Shown here: one piece after another, positions 1-8,249 of the stretch | Layout of the letters: each line of letters opens with the position of its first letter | How positions within the stretch are numbered: position 1 is the first letter of the stretch | DNA from: Chlamydiae bacterium RIFCSPHIGHO2_12_FULL_49_11 | GTDB lineage: Bacteria > Chlamydiota > Chlamydiia > Chlamydiales > 2-12-FULL-49-11 | Direction: 5' to 3' | DNA: 16,995 nucleotides | Assembly: GCA_001794905.1 (NCBI GenBank) | Contig: MGLW01000040.1 | Coordinates: 1-16,995, forward strand | Program-made: the position numbers and the translations under genes | The notes under the pieces: generated by a model | What the model was told of the DNA's origin: nothing | Seen by the model: the letters and a program-made list of their open reading frames with translations, nothing else | Database searches by the model: none

Positions 1-54
1 GTTTACTGCAGAATATCGATATGGGTAAATGTTATAGAGATGAAGTTGATCGTA

Positions 55-149
55 TCCACTAATTTGAAGGAACGCCTTTGGCTAAAGTTATATTTTATCA
101 TTAAGTCTTTAACCCAGGCGCGCTTTATCTGCGGGTTTACCACTTTTTT
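55..149 (-). pseudogene. IS3 OrfB N-terminal remnant beginning at the A6G -1 frameshift site
   Basis: The slippery heptamer A AAA AAG lies at 149-143. The -1 frame reads VVNPQIKRAWVKDLMIKYNFSQRRSFKLV, resembling the IS407-group OrfB start (S[EQ]RRACxLVG). No DDE domain is present in the window. Confidence 0.7.
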
Positions 150-401
150 GACAGAATATCCTTTAAGGCTACGATGTCAAGGTCTTGATCCGCAACAAGA
201 CGCTTAAGCTTGCTATTCTCAGCTTCAAGGCTTCTTAAGCGCTGCGCTTCAGAAAACCTCCATGCCGCCAAATTTAGCCTTCCATTTATAGTAGGAAGCT
301 GTACTGATGCCATATTTTCGACAAACCTCTTTCAGAGATATGCCTGAATCTACTTCCTTGAGGATGATAATGATTTGTTCTTCTGTAAATCGTTTCTTCA
401 T
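137..401 (-). pseudogene. IS3-family transposase OrfA, broken by a +1 frameshift
   Basis: ATG at 401 follows AAGGA. The ORF stops early at 249 (GGMEVF*). Removing one T from the T4 run at 253-256 restores ...GGMEVSEAQRLRSLEAENSKLKRLVADQDLDIVALKDILSKKW* (87 aa, stop at 137-139), a typical IS3/IS407 OrfA. Confidence 0.88.
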
Positions 402-448
402 GCTGTTTTCCTTTTTGTTAAAGGATAGCATGTTTTTCTACTTCAGAA

Positions 449-474
449 TGGACCTATTTTTGGAGGCAAGGTCA
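449..474 (-). repeat. Left terminal inverted repeat (IRL) of the IS3-family element
   Basis: TGACCTTGCCTCCAAAAATAGGTCCA starts ~73 bp upstream of the orfA ATG. The matching IRR is not in the window, so the exact IR length is uncertain. Confidence 0.7.
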
Positions 475-507
475 GAGCATTTTTCATACTCTTTTCTATT
501 TGGACGA

Positions 508-554
508 GTCGTCAAATAATTTCACATCAGTCCAAATGGAAATTATTCGACGAC
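508..554 (-). terminator. 16-bp stem-loop downstream of the MFS-Rhs-small-gene operon; possible terminator or 3' stabiliser
   Basis: GTCGTCAAATAATTTC (508-523) and GAAATTATTCGACGAC (539-554) pair at 15/16 positions; the mismatch is a G-U pair in minus-strand RNA. It lies 32 nt after the stop at 587. No clear U-tract follows. Confidence 0.45.
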
Positions 555-586
555 GCACCTTTAGCCATTTCGCGTTTGGAATAGAT

Positions 587-883
587 TCAGAAAGAGCCGA
601 CTGATATGGCGTACTTGCCCGCGATATCTGAAGTGCGGTAGCTCACATCGGGATTGAAAAAGTTTTTGATCCTTTTTGTTCCGTTGGGATAGATGAGGAT
701 CTTCTTGCCATTCATCACTTGCATCTCAAAGCTGCGGCCAAGTTCCGGCGAAAGAAGGGCCGGCTTATTGCGAAACTTATAGTCCAACTCTTTCCGCTCC
801 GGGATTGTCAAGTAGCCCGAAAACAATTTTTCTTCCGCTTGTATCACAGAAAAAAGTAAAAGTAGCATTATACGCATAAACAC
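587..883 (-). CDS. Small hypothetical secreted protein (96-98 aa) encoded directly downstream of the Rhs gene
   Basis: Start is GTG 883 or ATG 877, right after the Rhs double stop TAGTAG. It has a Sec-type signal MRIMLLLLFSVIQA|EEK and fills the gap between the Rhs gene and the hairpin. Confidence 0.75.
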   Translation of the reverse strand: MFMRIMLLLLFSVIQAEEKLFSGYLTIPERKELDYKFRNKPALLSPELGRSFEMQVMNGKKILIYPNGTKRIKNFFNPDVSYRTSDIAGKYAISVGSF

Positions 884-886
884 CTA

Positions 887-3577
887 CTATATTTCTCCGG
901 AAAAATGAGAGAGGAGCTCGACCGTATCGGGATCAAAATAGTTGCCGTCCCGATAAATCAGTTCCAGCTCCGGATCGAACGGTTTTGCCTCAAAACGGAA
1001 GGGATTGAAGGCCGTTTCCGACACCGAAAAAGCCCGCCCATAAGCCGTGTAATCATAAGAATGCGTCACACGCCCTTCCCCGTTGATGAGGCATTTGATG
1101 CTGCCAAAGGGGTCTATAAAGGCAGTGAGGACTTGCAAGCCGCACTGCACCGCAAACGGCGCCCCTGCAGGATCACACAGAAGAGTGATGTCGCCTCGAT
1201 GAGATCGGGACTGCACTTCCCGCACTCCGTCATATAAATACCCTTCACGTTGCCTGCCCGACATTTTACACAGCCGCCTGCCGAGCGCATCATATGCAAA
1301 ACTGATTTCCGCTTTGGGAGAGCGGACGAAAAGAAGCTTTCCCTCGGCATCATAGGTATAAAGGGTGCGATTCTCACCCTCCCCTTTCACAACCCGGTGG
1401 CCGCTCGGATTATACATTCCCAACTCTTTTTCCCGTCCCACCCTCTGCCGGAGCGAATCAAACTTGTAAGTACGGACGGCATCACTGATCACGGAGCCGT
1501 ACATGTCGTATTTCCAGGGAGCTCCGTTCATGTTGATGAGCCTAGCGTTTGCATCGTAACCGTAAGTTTCGGAAAATCCGGGCCCCGAAACCGACTGAAG
1601 TTTGCCGCCGTCCGTATAAGAATAACGAATCTTTCCTTGGGGCACCGTTTTTTCGAGGAGCCTTCCTTCTGCATCAAAGACATCCCGTGTTTCGACATAC
1701 ATACTCTTTTTCCCGAGAAAGACTTCAATGCGATTCACACGAGCATCGGCATAAGTGTAGGAAGTCACAAGGTTGTCAGGGAAAACCAGGGTGGTGAGGC
1801 GGCCCTCTTCATCATACCTCTTCTCGATTGTTTTTCCTCCCCCTTGTGTTTCGATCAGGAGATTTCCCCACGCATCGTACGTCCTTTTTACGGTACACTT
1901 GTGTACATTGTCCGTAGCACTGAGAAGTCTGCCCGTTTTGGAATGGACGAATTCTTGATCAATCGTGCCGTCGGAAGACTTTTTCGTGCGAAGATGACCG
2001 AAATCGTCATAGGTATAAAGGAGGACGGTTTTATCTGGCAAAGTTTTCGAGGCGAGCTTGCCGCCCGGAGTGTAGGTAAACTTCGTCACCGCACCTTGCT
2101 CAATGATTTCTGTCACTTGTCCGCGCAAAGATGTGCGGTATTCGGTGACAATGTCATAAAGCTTGCTGGACCCGTCATACACCGGAGTCACGGTCCTCGT
2201 CGGCGGCGGTGGAGGCTCTTTTTTTGGCGATACGGGATGCACAATCCGTCCCGCCCGTTTCTCCTGCACCCGATTGCCATGCGCATCGTAGCGCCATGTG
2301 GTTTTGATTTCGTCCAAATCGACCATTTCAACGAGATTCCCACCATGGTACCGATACACTATTTCCCCGAGAAATCGCTCTTTTTTTGAAAATGCCTCAC
2401 GCACTTTGTGCCCGAGTGGATCGTATTCAAATGCCGTTTTCAATCCGTCGGGATCTGTGATGCTTTCTAAACGTCCGTCTAGAGTATAGGAGCGTTTTTC
2501 AGACGCCCCGTCCGGAAAGGTCGATTCGACAATTCTTCCGAAAAGGTCACACCGGTTTTTTATCGTGCGCCCTTCGGTATCGGTATGTTCAATACAGCCG
2601 CCGCAGAAGTCATATTTCCACTTCTCTTCTTTTCCGTCAGGAGCTCTCACGCACGCGGGTTTACCCGTAAACGGATCGTAATCCCACTCCGTCACTCCGG
2701 TAGGATTCACAATGCGCACAAGGCGGCTCTCTTTATCATACTCGCGGTATTCGACATTGCCTTTTTTGCGGACTTCGACCACATTGCCATGGGCATCATA
2801 TACATAAACTTCACTGCCTGCAGGAGACGCAACCTGGATCGGACGCCCTTTTTTGTCGTATTGGGTATGGGTGCCCCCTCCTTCGGAAGTGTAAACGACA
2901 AGCCCGCGATCGTCATAGGTTTTTTGAAGAACAGTTTTGCCATTTTTCTTTTTGAAAACAAGATTGCCGCGTCCGTCGTATTCGTACTCGCTGCAGCCCA
3001 CCGTGACAAGCTCTCCTTCAAAGAGCCGCTTTTTTTCGCGCCGGAGAGGAAGAAACGGAGCCTTTTCAGTGCGCTGCCATTCCACCACCTCTTTCTCGCT
3101 CATATTGTAACTACTCCCGATATCTTCGGCCGATCCGTCATCGATGGTTTTTCTGACGAGCCGCCCTTTTTCGTCATATTCGTAAACGGTGCGTTGCCAA
3201 ATGCGCATTTGGTCGATCACTTTTACCGTCTTCACCAGGGAAGTTTTCGGCACGTAAGTATATCTCGTGATGACTCCGCAGGGCGACACCTCTTCAAGGA
3301 GTAGATTATCATCGGAAAAGGTGCGGCTAGTGATGGAAAGTGGAGTGTTGGCCCCCTTCACCCCCTCATAAATCACATTCCCGTGGCTGTCATATCGCAG
3401 ACTTTTTTCGGAGAAAACCGCATTCCCCTCTAAAACCATCTCTTCAACAACACGACCGCGCGTATCGGTAGTAGTTTGGGTCACTTTTTCACGCCCGTCA
3501 ACAACCTGTCGGATTACCTCAGATGCAAACACTTGGGCAAAAAAGAAAAAGAAGAATAATTGTTTACCGTACCGCAT
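887..3577 (-). CDS. Rhs/YD-repeat protein with an N-terminal signal peptide and no C-terminal toxin domain
   Basis: 896 aa with many YDxxGRL/GNL-type repeats (YDSHGNV, YDEKGRL, YDGRGNL, YDALGRR). The Rhs core end reads YDYTAYG...NPFRFEAKPFDPELELIY...YFDPDT. The N-terminus MRYGKQLFFFFFFAQVFA|SE looks like a signal peptide. The start overlaps the upstream MFS gene by 14 bp. Confidence 0.92.
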   Translation of the reverse strand: MRYGKQLFFFFFFAQVFASEVIRQVVDGREKVTQTTTDTRGRVVEEMVLEGNAVFSEKSLRYDSHGNVIYEGVKGANTPLSITSRTFSDDNLLLEEVSPCGVITRYTYVPKTSLVKTVKVIDQMRIWQRTVYEYDEKGRLVRKTIDDGSAEDIGSSYNMSEKEVVEWQRTEKAPFLPLRREKKRLFEGELVTVGCSEYEYDGRGNLVFKKKNGKTVLQKTYDDRGLVVYTSEGGGTHTQYDKKGRPIQVASPAGSEVYVYDAHGNVVEVRKKGNVEYREYDKESRLVRIVNPTGVTEWDYDPFTGKPACVRAPDGKEEKWKYDFCGGCIEHTDTEGRTIKNRCDLFGRIVESTFPDGASEKRSYTLDGRLESITDPDGLKTAFEYDPLGHKVREAFSKKERFLGEIVYRYHGGNLVEMVDLDEIKTTWRYDAHGNRVQEKRAGRIVHPVSPKKEPPPPPTRTVTPVYDGSSKLYDIVTEYRTSLRGQVTEIIEQGAVTKFTYTPGGKLASKTLPDKTVLLYTYDDFGHLRTKKSSDGTIDQEFVHSKTGRLLSATDNVHKCTVKRTYDAWGNLLIETQGGGKTIEKRYDEEGRLTTLVFPDNLVTSYTYADARVNRIEVFLGKKSMYVETRDVFDAEGRLLEKTVPQGKIRYSYTDGGKLQSVSGPGFSETYGYDANARLINMNGAPWKYDMYGSVISDAVRTYKFDSLRQRVGREKELGMYNPSGHRVVKGEGENRTLYTYDAEGKLLFVRSPKAEISFAYDALGRRLCKMSGRQREGYLYDGVREVQSRSHRGDITLLCDPAGAPFAVQCGLQVLTAFIDPFGSIKCLINGEGRVTHSYDYTAYGRAFSVSETAFNPFRFEAKPFDPELELIYRDGNYFDPDTVELLSHFSGEI

Positions 3578-5357
3578 TTTCCCTTGCCCTTTCTCGCTCT
3601 CGTGAGATAAACGTTTTTTTCAGAGGGGCAAACCGGTATGTGAGTTCGGACCGCTTGAAAAGCTTTGTCCAGGGATGCCCCATGTGTGTGGTCGCTTTAA
3701 GCTCGACCTGTCTCAGCTGATAGCTGAGCCCCTGCTCGAGGACAGCAAAATAGTTGTGGTGTTCGAATAAATAGAAAAGGCGAACCGATTCGAAAAGGAT
3801 ATAGGGTCTTCCCCCTTTGGGAATCAGGCCATTCAAATCCAGATTGCCGAGTTCATGTTCATATACGATCCGGATTGATCCAAAAAGGCGCGTCAGCCGA
3901 TCTTTGAGCGACGGTTTACTTTTCACGTAGATGTAGTGGGCTTTCGATGTCTCTCCCGCAAGAAGCATCACATCAAAGATTTGCCCCGTCTTAAAAACGA
4001 GGGCAAATTTTCCGTCTTCCGGAGAAACGGTTTGAGGATAATCGATGTAATGCAGGTTATACAACGGATGGAGAAAACGGAGGGAGAGGAAATGAAAAAA
4101 ATGGCTCGACAGCTTGCGCAAGGTCAGTACAAAGTAGCCGAAAATAATGAAACCTAAAAGAATGAACCCCGAAAGAGCCGATACCCGCAAGCCTTTTGAA
4201 AAAAGGAAGAGGCAAAAGGGCGCCAGCAATACTCCGGTAAAGCTGAGAAAATTCTCGGTTGCGACGATCTGCCCCCGCATTTCGGAGGGGGAATGTGTTT
4301 GAATGAAAGACTCCAAAGGCACGACAAACAGGCCACCACACAAGCCAAGGGCCATGAAAAAAATGGCGGATAGCGTCACGGAAGTGGCAAAAAATGGCGT
4401 AAAAATCAAGATAATACCCAGAGTCATGATGCCGAATAAGGCAAGGCCAAGATCGATCTCTTTGCGGCAGAGCCTGCCCGCCAGCATGGCTCCGATCGCA
4501 ATCCCAACCGAAGTGCCGACAAAAAGGTACCCGCCCCCCTGTTCCGAGAGAGAAAGAGATTCGATCGCATACGGAATCGCATTAAGTTGAAGAAATGCGC
4601 CGACAAAAAGGAAAAAGGCCGATCCGATAATCATGAGGACGAGTTTCGGCGTTTTCCTGGACGCTTTAAGGGTGCGATAGGTTTGCACAAAAAAGAGGAT
4701 GTTCGCTTTGCCCGTGCTTTTGCCTGGTTCCGTATAAGGGATCAAAAAAGAAGAAATAAGGCCGCAAACGGAGGCAAGCATAGCAACATGGAGACAACGG
4801 ACAAAGTCTTTTGCAAAAAAATCGGTGACGAGCGAAGCGGCAAAGGTGCCGAAAATGATGGCGAGATAACTTGCGGAAGTCAAATACCCGTTGGCTTTCG
4901 GGATGTAGCCCGGTTTCACGAGCTCGGGAATCATGGCATACTTTGGAGGCGAGATGAGGGCGCTTTGCAAAGAAAGAAGAAAAACGCCGGCATAGCAGCC
5001 GAAAACAAATCCGTTTGCATAGGCAATATAAGCTCCGATAAGAATCACCGTTTCAAATGCTTTAAATCCGATAAAAAGGCGCGACTTGCTGAATTTGTCG
5101 CTGAGCATTCCGGCAAACGACGAACATACTAAAAACGGAAGCACATACAAAACACCGATCCAGAAAAGAATTTCACTCGAGGCATCAATCCCTTTTATGG
5201 CAAGAAGGTAATAAATGGTGAGGAATTTAAAAAAGTTGTCGTTAAAAACGCTCAGCATCTGGGAAAAATTCATCACCCCGAAAGCATGGCGGTGAAAAAA
5301 GGAATTTTCGCTCCGAATCCTCTCGATTTTCTTTTTTAGGGTGATTGTTCTACTCAT
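3564..5357 (-). CDS. MFS transporter, LplT/Aas(YgeD)-like lysophospholipid transporter family, with a soluble C-terminal tail
   Basis: About 12 hydrophobic helices. Family motifs include SQMLSVFNDNFFK, AGMLSDKFSKS, SPPKYAMIPELV...ANG and GGLFVVPLESFIQ...RGQIVATEN. The start is placed at ATG 5357 (MSRTITL, 597 aa) because the longer ORF-track start at 5531 overlaps recC and the predicted promoter. Confidence 0.88.
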   Translation of the reverse strand: MSRTITLKKKIERIRSENSFFHRHAFGVMNFSQMLSVFNDNFFKFLTIYYLLAIKGIDASSEILFWIGVLYVLPFLVCSSFAGMLSDKFSKSRLFIGFKAFETVILIGAYIAYANGFVFGCYAGVFLLSLQSALISPPKYAMIPELVKPGYIPKANGYLTSASYLAIIFGTFAASLVTDFFAKDFVRCLHVAMLASVCGLISSFLIPYTEPGKSTGKANILFFVQTYRTLKASRKTPKLVLMIIGSAFFLFVGAFLQLNAIPYAIESLSLSEQGGGYLFVGTSVGIAIGAMLAGRLCRKEIDLGLALFGIMTLGIILIFTPFFATSVTLSAIFFMALGLCGGLFVVPLESFIQTHSPSEMRGQIVATENFLSFTGVLLAPFCLFLFSKGLRVSALSGFILLGFIIFGYFVLTLRKLSSHFFHFLSLRFLHPLYNLHYIDYPQTVSPEDGKFALVFKTGQIFDVMLLAGETSKAHYIYVKSKPSLKDRLTRLFGSIRIVYEHELGNLDLNGLIPKGGRPYILFESVRLFYLFEHHNYFAVLEQGLSYQLRQVELKATTHMGHPWTKLFKRSELTYRFAPLKKTFISRERERARENAVR

Positions 5358-5395
5358 ATTTTTCGTGTTGTTTCGATAGTCTTTTAACGCTCCGG

Positions 5396-5425
5396 ATTGT
5401 ATCCTATTTTTATGGATTCTGACAA
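5396..5425 (-). promoter_or_regulatory. Putative sigma70-type promoter for the MFS-Rhs operon
   Basis: Minus strand TTGTCA (5425-5420)-N18-TACAAT (5401-5396), with 5/6 and 5/6 consensus matches. The -10 ends ~38 nt upstream of ATG 5357. Confidence 0.5.
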
Positions 5426-8249
5426 GGAGAAAAGGGGTGAAGACAATCTTAATGTGTTCACATCCAACAGGATAGATATTCTTGCCGACGATCTTGTCCG
5501 GACTGTTTCTTTGCAAAACACTCCATTTCACAAGAATATGATCCTGACTCCGAATGATACAATATCCCGCATGATCGGGGAAACATTTTTAAAAAAGAAG
5601 GGTGTTTTTTTCGGGTTGAAAAGAATGAGTCTGGAAAAAGGCTGTTTTACCCTTCTCGAAAAATGGACCGGAGAAGTTTGCCGCACGCCCTGCCCTCTCA
5701 CCCTATATCTTTCGGTGGACACGGCCCTCAAAGAAGCTCCGATTGAAAAGCAGTACCGCGAAAATGATGAACTCCGTACTGCTCTTGCCCTCCGTCTCTC
5801 CCGCGAATTTCTCCGATGGCAGTTTTATGATAAAAAGGACATTTTTACCGAAAATGTGTGGATCGAACATCTGTTTACCCGTTTGCAGGAGGATTTTTTT
5901 TTCTTCCACCAATTTGATTTTTCTCAATGCACCTCTTCCTCTATAGTTGTCCATCTTTTCGGATTTACCCAAATGCCTTCTTTTCTCCTTTCGTTTTTTA
6001 AAAAGGCTGCCTTGTTTATCGATGTACACTGGTACCTTTTTTCACCGTCCCGATTTTTATGGTGGGATTTTCAATCGGACAGGGGTCTCGAATTTTTGAA
6101 AACACGCCACCGGGGAAAATCGTTTCAAGAATACGTCTCCCTTTCTAAAGAAGACCACCGACTGATTGCAAATTTCGCCACACACGGAAAAGAACTCTTT
6201 TCCGCTCTCGACCATGTTCCGTTCACCTCTCGCTTTGAAACGGAAGGAACTTCTTTTCTTTCCCATATCCGGCGAGATATTGTCGAATCCGAAATCACAC
6301 CATTTCGAGGCAGGACGCCCTGCATCGAACTCCACAAAGCTCCTGCCAAGATGGCCGAAGTGGAGATTCTCGTGGAGCGAATCTGCTCACACCTGCACCG
6401 GTTGCACCTTTCCGAAAAAGACGTGCTTGTGGCCTGCCCCGACATAATCGGATACGCCCCCTATATCCGTCTTGTCTTTGAACGGGAAGGGTGTCCTCTC
6501 GGATACCGGATTGAAGACGGCGTGATTGGGGCCGCCTCCTTCTTTTCAAAATTCTTTGCCCTGCTTGAACCCAACCGAAATACAGGAGCAATAATAGCCC
6601 TGTTTGCCGAAGAGGACTTTTATCGCCGGCAAGAATGGAGCGCCGAAGAAGCGCAGCGGATTGTGGAATTTTTCCAAACATTTTCCCTGCGCTCCGGTTC
6701 CATTCTTGATGGCTACCGCCGTTATTTGTTTCAACTTCCCCTAAAAGAGACCCGGTTCGATGATCTAGAACTTTTGGGAGACGCAGTAGCGGTACTGGAA
6801 AATCTGACCGAACGGATCGACGGCCTTATCACAGCCTCTATGGAAGCGTCTGAGTGGTCCGCTACTTTGAGAAATCTCATAGAGGATTTCTCGATCGACT
6901 CGGAAGAGCGGGCCGTCATAAGCGTAAAATTGGGACATCTTTATAAAATCCGGGGCCGGTTTTCGTTTGTCGAGATCATTCCTTTTCTCCGGAATATTGT
7001 GCAGCCCCCTCTCCTTTCCATCGAAAACAAAGACCATTTTGTCACTTTTGTCCCCTTCGAAGACGGACGCATTATATCACGACCCGTCATCTATCTTTTG
7101 GGCATGGACGAAACCTCCTTTCCTCCCCCCATCACATTCCATTCTCTGCAAAAACAGTCTCTTATCGAGAACGGCCATTTGCCCATGCACCTTTCCCGCT
7201 ATGCTTTTTTAACTTGCGTGATGCAAGCCTCCATACTGATCATAAGTTATGCCTCGCATGACAACGATGCGAAAGAGATGGAGGTCAGCCTCGTCGTCCA
7301 ATCTTTTCTCCGATTTATTGAATCAACTTACGGAATATGCCTCCTCGAGCAGGCTCATGACCCCATCCCTTTTGTCCTTCCCCAAAAAAAGAGCGTGCAA
7401 GCATCTTTTGCACAGAAACATCCCGATCCAATTGTAATCGATATCCGAGACATCGCGCGCCTCTTTTCCCACCCGCTCCGCTTTTTTGGACAAAAGGGTC
7501 TCGGCATCTTCCTCTCGGACGATAAAGAAAAAGTGTCGCTTGGCTTTTCAAAAGAAGAATTACGGCAATTCAAGAGAGAAGCCCTGAATCACTTTCGCAA
7601 AAACAGGGAGGTGCACAATGTCTGGGATGCATTCGAAACCGTCACACCCATCGAGAAAGCCAAAAAAAATCGGCTTGAGCACACTGTAGGCGCTCTCGTG
7701 AGGGGTATTTCCGCACTGGGATATCATGAGAAAAATCCGCGCGAGCTTCATTTTTCCCCTGTCGTCGACACAATCCAATCAAATGATGGCTTTCTGATCG
7801 TCCCTTCTCCCACTTTCCGCGTTAGAGGAACCACGATCACCGTGATCGGAAAAATGGAAGATGTGTACGAAGAAGGCATTTTTTCCCTTGCAAAAGAAAA
7901 TCGGGAAAGCCGTATCGAAGAGATCGTCCGTTTTCTGATCGCGAAGGAAACGATCCCTTCCTTGAAGGAAATTTCTTTTGCCGGTTCTGAAACGGTCTGG
8001 AATATTTCTCTTTTCCGGGGCAATCTCGAAACCTACTTTGAGTATATTCTTACCGCAAGCAAAATCCCCTCTCCTCTCTTCCCTGAAACGGTGACAAAGG
8101 CCCACCGGGAAAAAAATCTCGATTACGATTTGTGGAGATCAACCCTCGATCCTAATTTTTCCGACCCGTATATCGAACAGTTCACCCCTTCATTCGACCA
8201 CGATTGGCGCCCTACTATCGATGCTTTGATGGAGGATACCGGTGACTGA
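5412..8249 (+). CDS. recC: Exodeoxyribonuclease V gamma subunit RecC
   Basis: N-terminal VFTSNRIDILADDL; motifs VHLFGF, YLFSPSRFLW, IELH...EVEIL, DVLVACPDIIGYAPYIRLVF, IYLLGMDETSFP and FSHPLRFF. First gene of the recCBD operon. Start ATG 5412 is preferred over TTG 5397 but is uncertain. Confidence 0.93.
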   Translation: MDSDKEKRGEDNLNVFTSNRIDILADDLVRTVSLQNTPFHKNMILTPNDTISRMIGETFLKKKGVFFGLKRMSLEKGCFTLLEKWTGEVCRTPCPLTLYLSVDTALKEAPIEKQYRENDELRTALALRLSREFLRWQFYDKKDIFTENVWIEHLFTRLQEDFFFFHQFDFSQCTSSSIVVHLFGFTQMPSFLLSFFKKAALFIDVHWYLFSPSRFLWWDFQSDRGLEFLKTRHRGKSFQEYVSLSKEDHRLIANFATHGKELFSALDHVPFTSRFETEGTSFLSHIRRDIVESEITPFRGRTPCIELHKAPAKMAEVEILVERICSHLHRLHLSEKDVLVACPDIIGYAPYIRLVFEREGCPLGYRIEDGVIGAASFFSKFFALLEPNRNTGAIIALFAEEDFYRRQEWSAEEAQRIVEFFQTFSLRSGSILDGYRRYLFQLPLKETRFDDLELLGDAVAVLENLTERIDGLITASMEASEWSATLRNLIEDFSIDSEERAVISVKLGHLYKIRGRFSFVEIIPFLRNIVQPPLLSIENKDHFVTFVPFEDGRIISRPVIYLLGMDETSFPPPITFHSLQKQSLIENGHLPMHLSRYAFLTCVMQASILIISYASHDNDAKEMEVSLVVQSFLRFIESTYGICLLEQAHDPIPFVLPQKKSVQASFAQKHPDPIVIDIRDIARLFSHPLRFFGQKGLGIFLSDDKEKVSLGFSKEELRQFKREALNHFRKNREVHNVWDAFETVTPIEKAKKNRLEHTVGALVRGISALGYHEKNPRELHFSPVVDTIQSNDGFLIVPSPTFRVRGTTITVIGKMEDVYEEGIFSLAKENRESRIEEIVRFLIAKETIPSLKEISFAGSETVWNISLFRGNLETYFEYILTASKIPSPLFPETVTKAHREKNLDYDLWRSTLDPNFSDPYIEQFTPSFDHDWRPTIDALMEDTGD

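Larger units (their letters stand above)
55..474 (-). mobile_element. Degenerate/truncated IS3-family insertion sequence (IS407-like): left IR, frameshifted orfA, start of orfB
   Basis: The minus strand begins TGACCTTGCCTCCAAAAATAGGTCCA at 474, an IS3-type TG end. It is followed by an HTH orfA (MKKRFTEEQII...CRKYGISTASYYKWKAKFGGM), the junction AAAAAAGTGGTAA, and an orfB-like start VVNPQIKRAWV...SQRRSFKLV. Similarity is lost near position 55; that boundary is approximate. The segment is more AT-rich than its neighbours. Confidence 0.9.

Noticed and set aside
1-63. Open plus-strand frame ending at TAA 61-63, as the possible 3' end of an upstream gene
   Set aside because: Only 20 codons are visible, which is too little to support a call.
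307-519. 70-aa plus-strand ORF
   Set aside because: It is antisense to IS orfA and crosses the IS boundary.
1250-3304. Long plus-strand ORFs (379 aa at 1250-2389 and 239 aa at 2585-3304)
   Set aside because: They are antisense shadows of the Rhs gene with no recognisable motifs.
3539-3560. A/T-rich tract encoding six Phe as a possible phase-variation site
   Set aside because: The longest homopolymer is only 6 nt, and similar runs are common in this window.
5358-5531. 58-aa N-terminal extension of the MFS in the ORF track
   Set aside because: It overlaps recC on the opposite strand and the predicted promoter.
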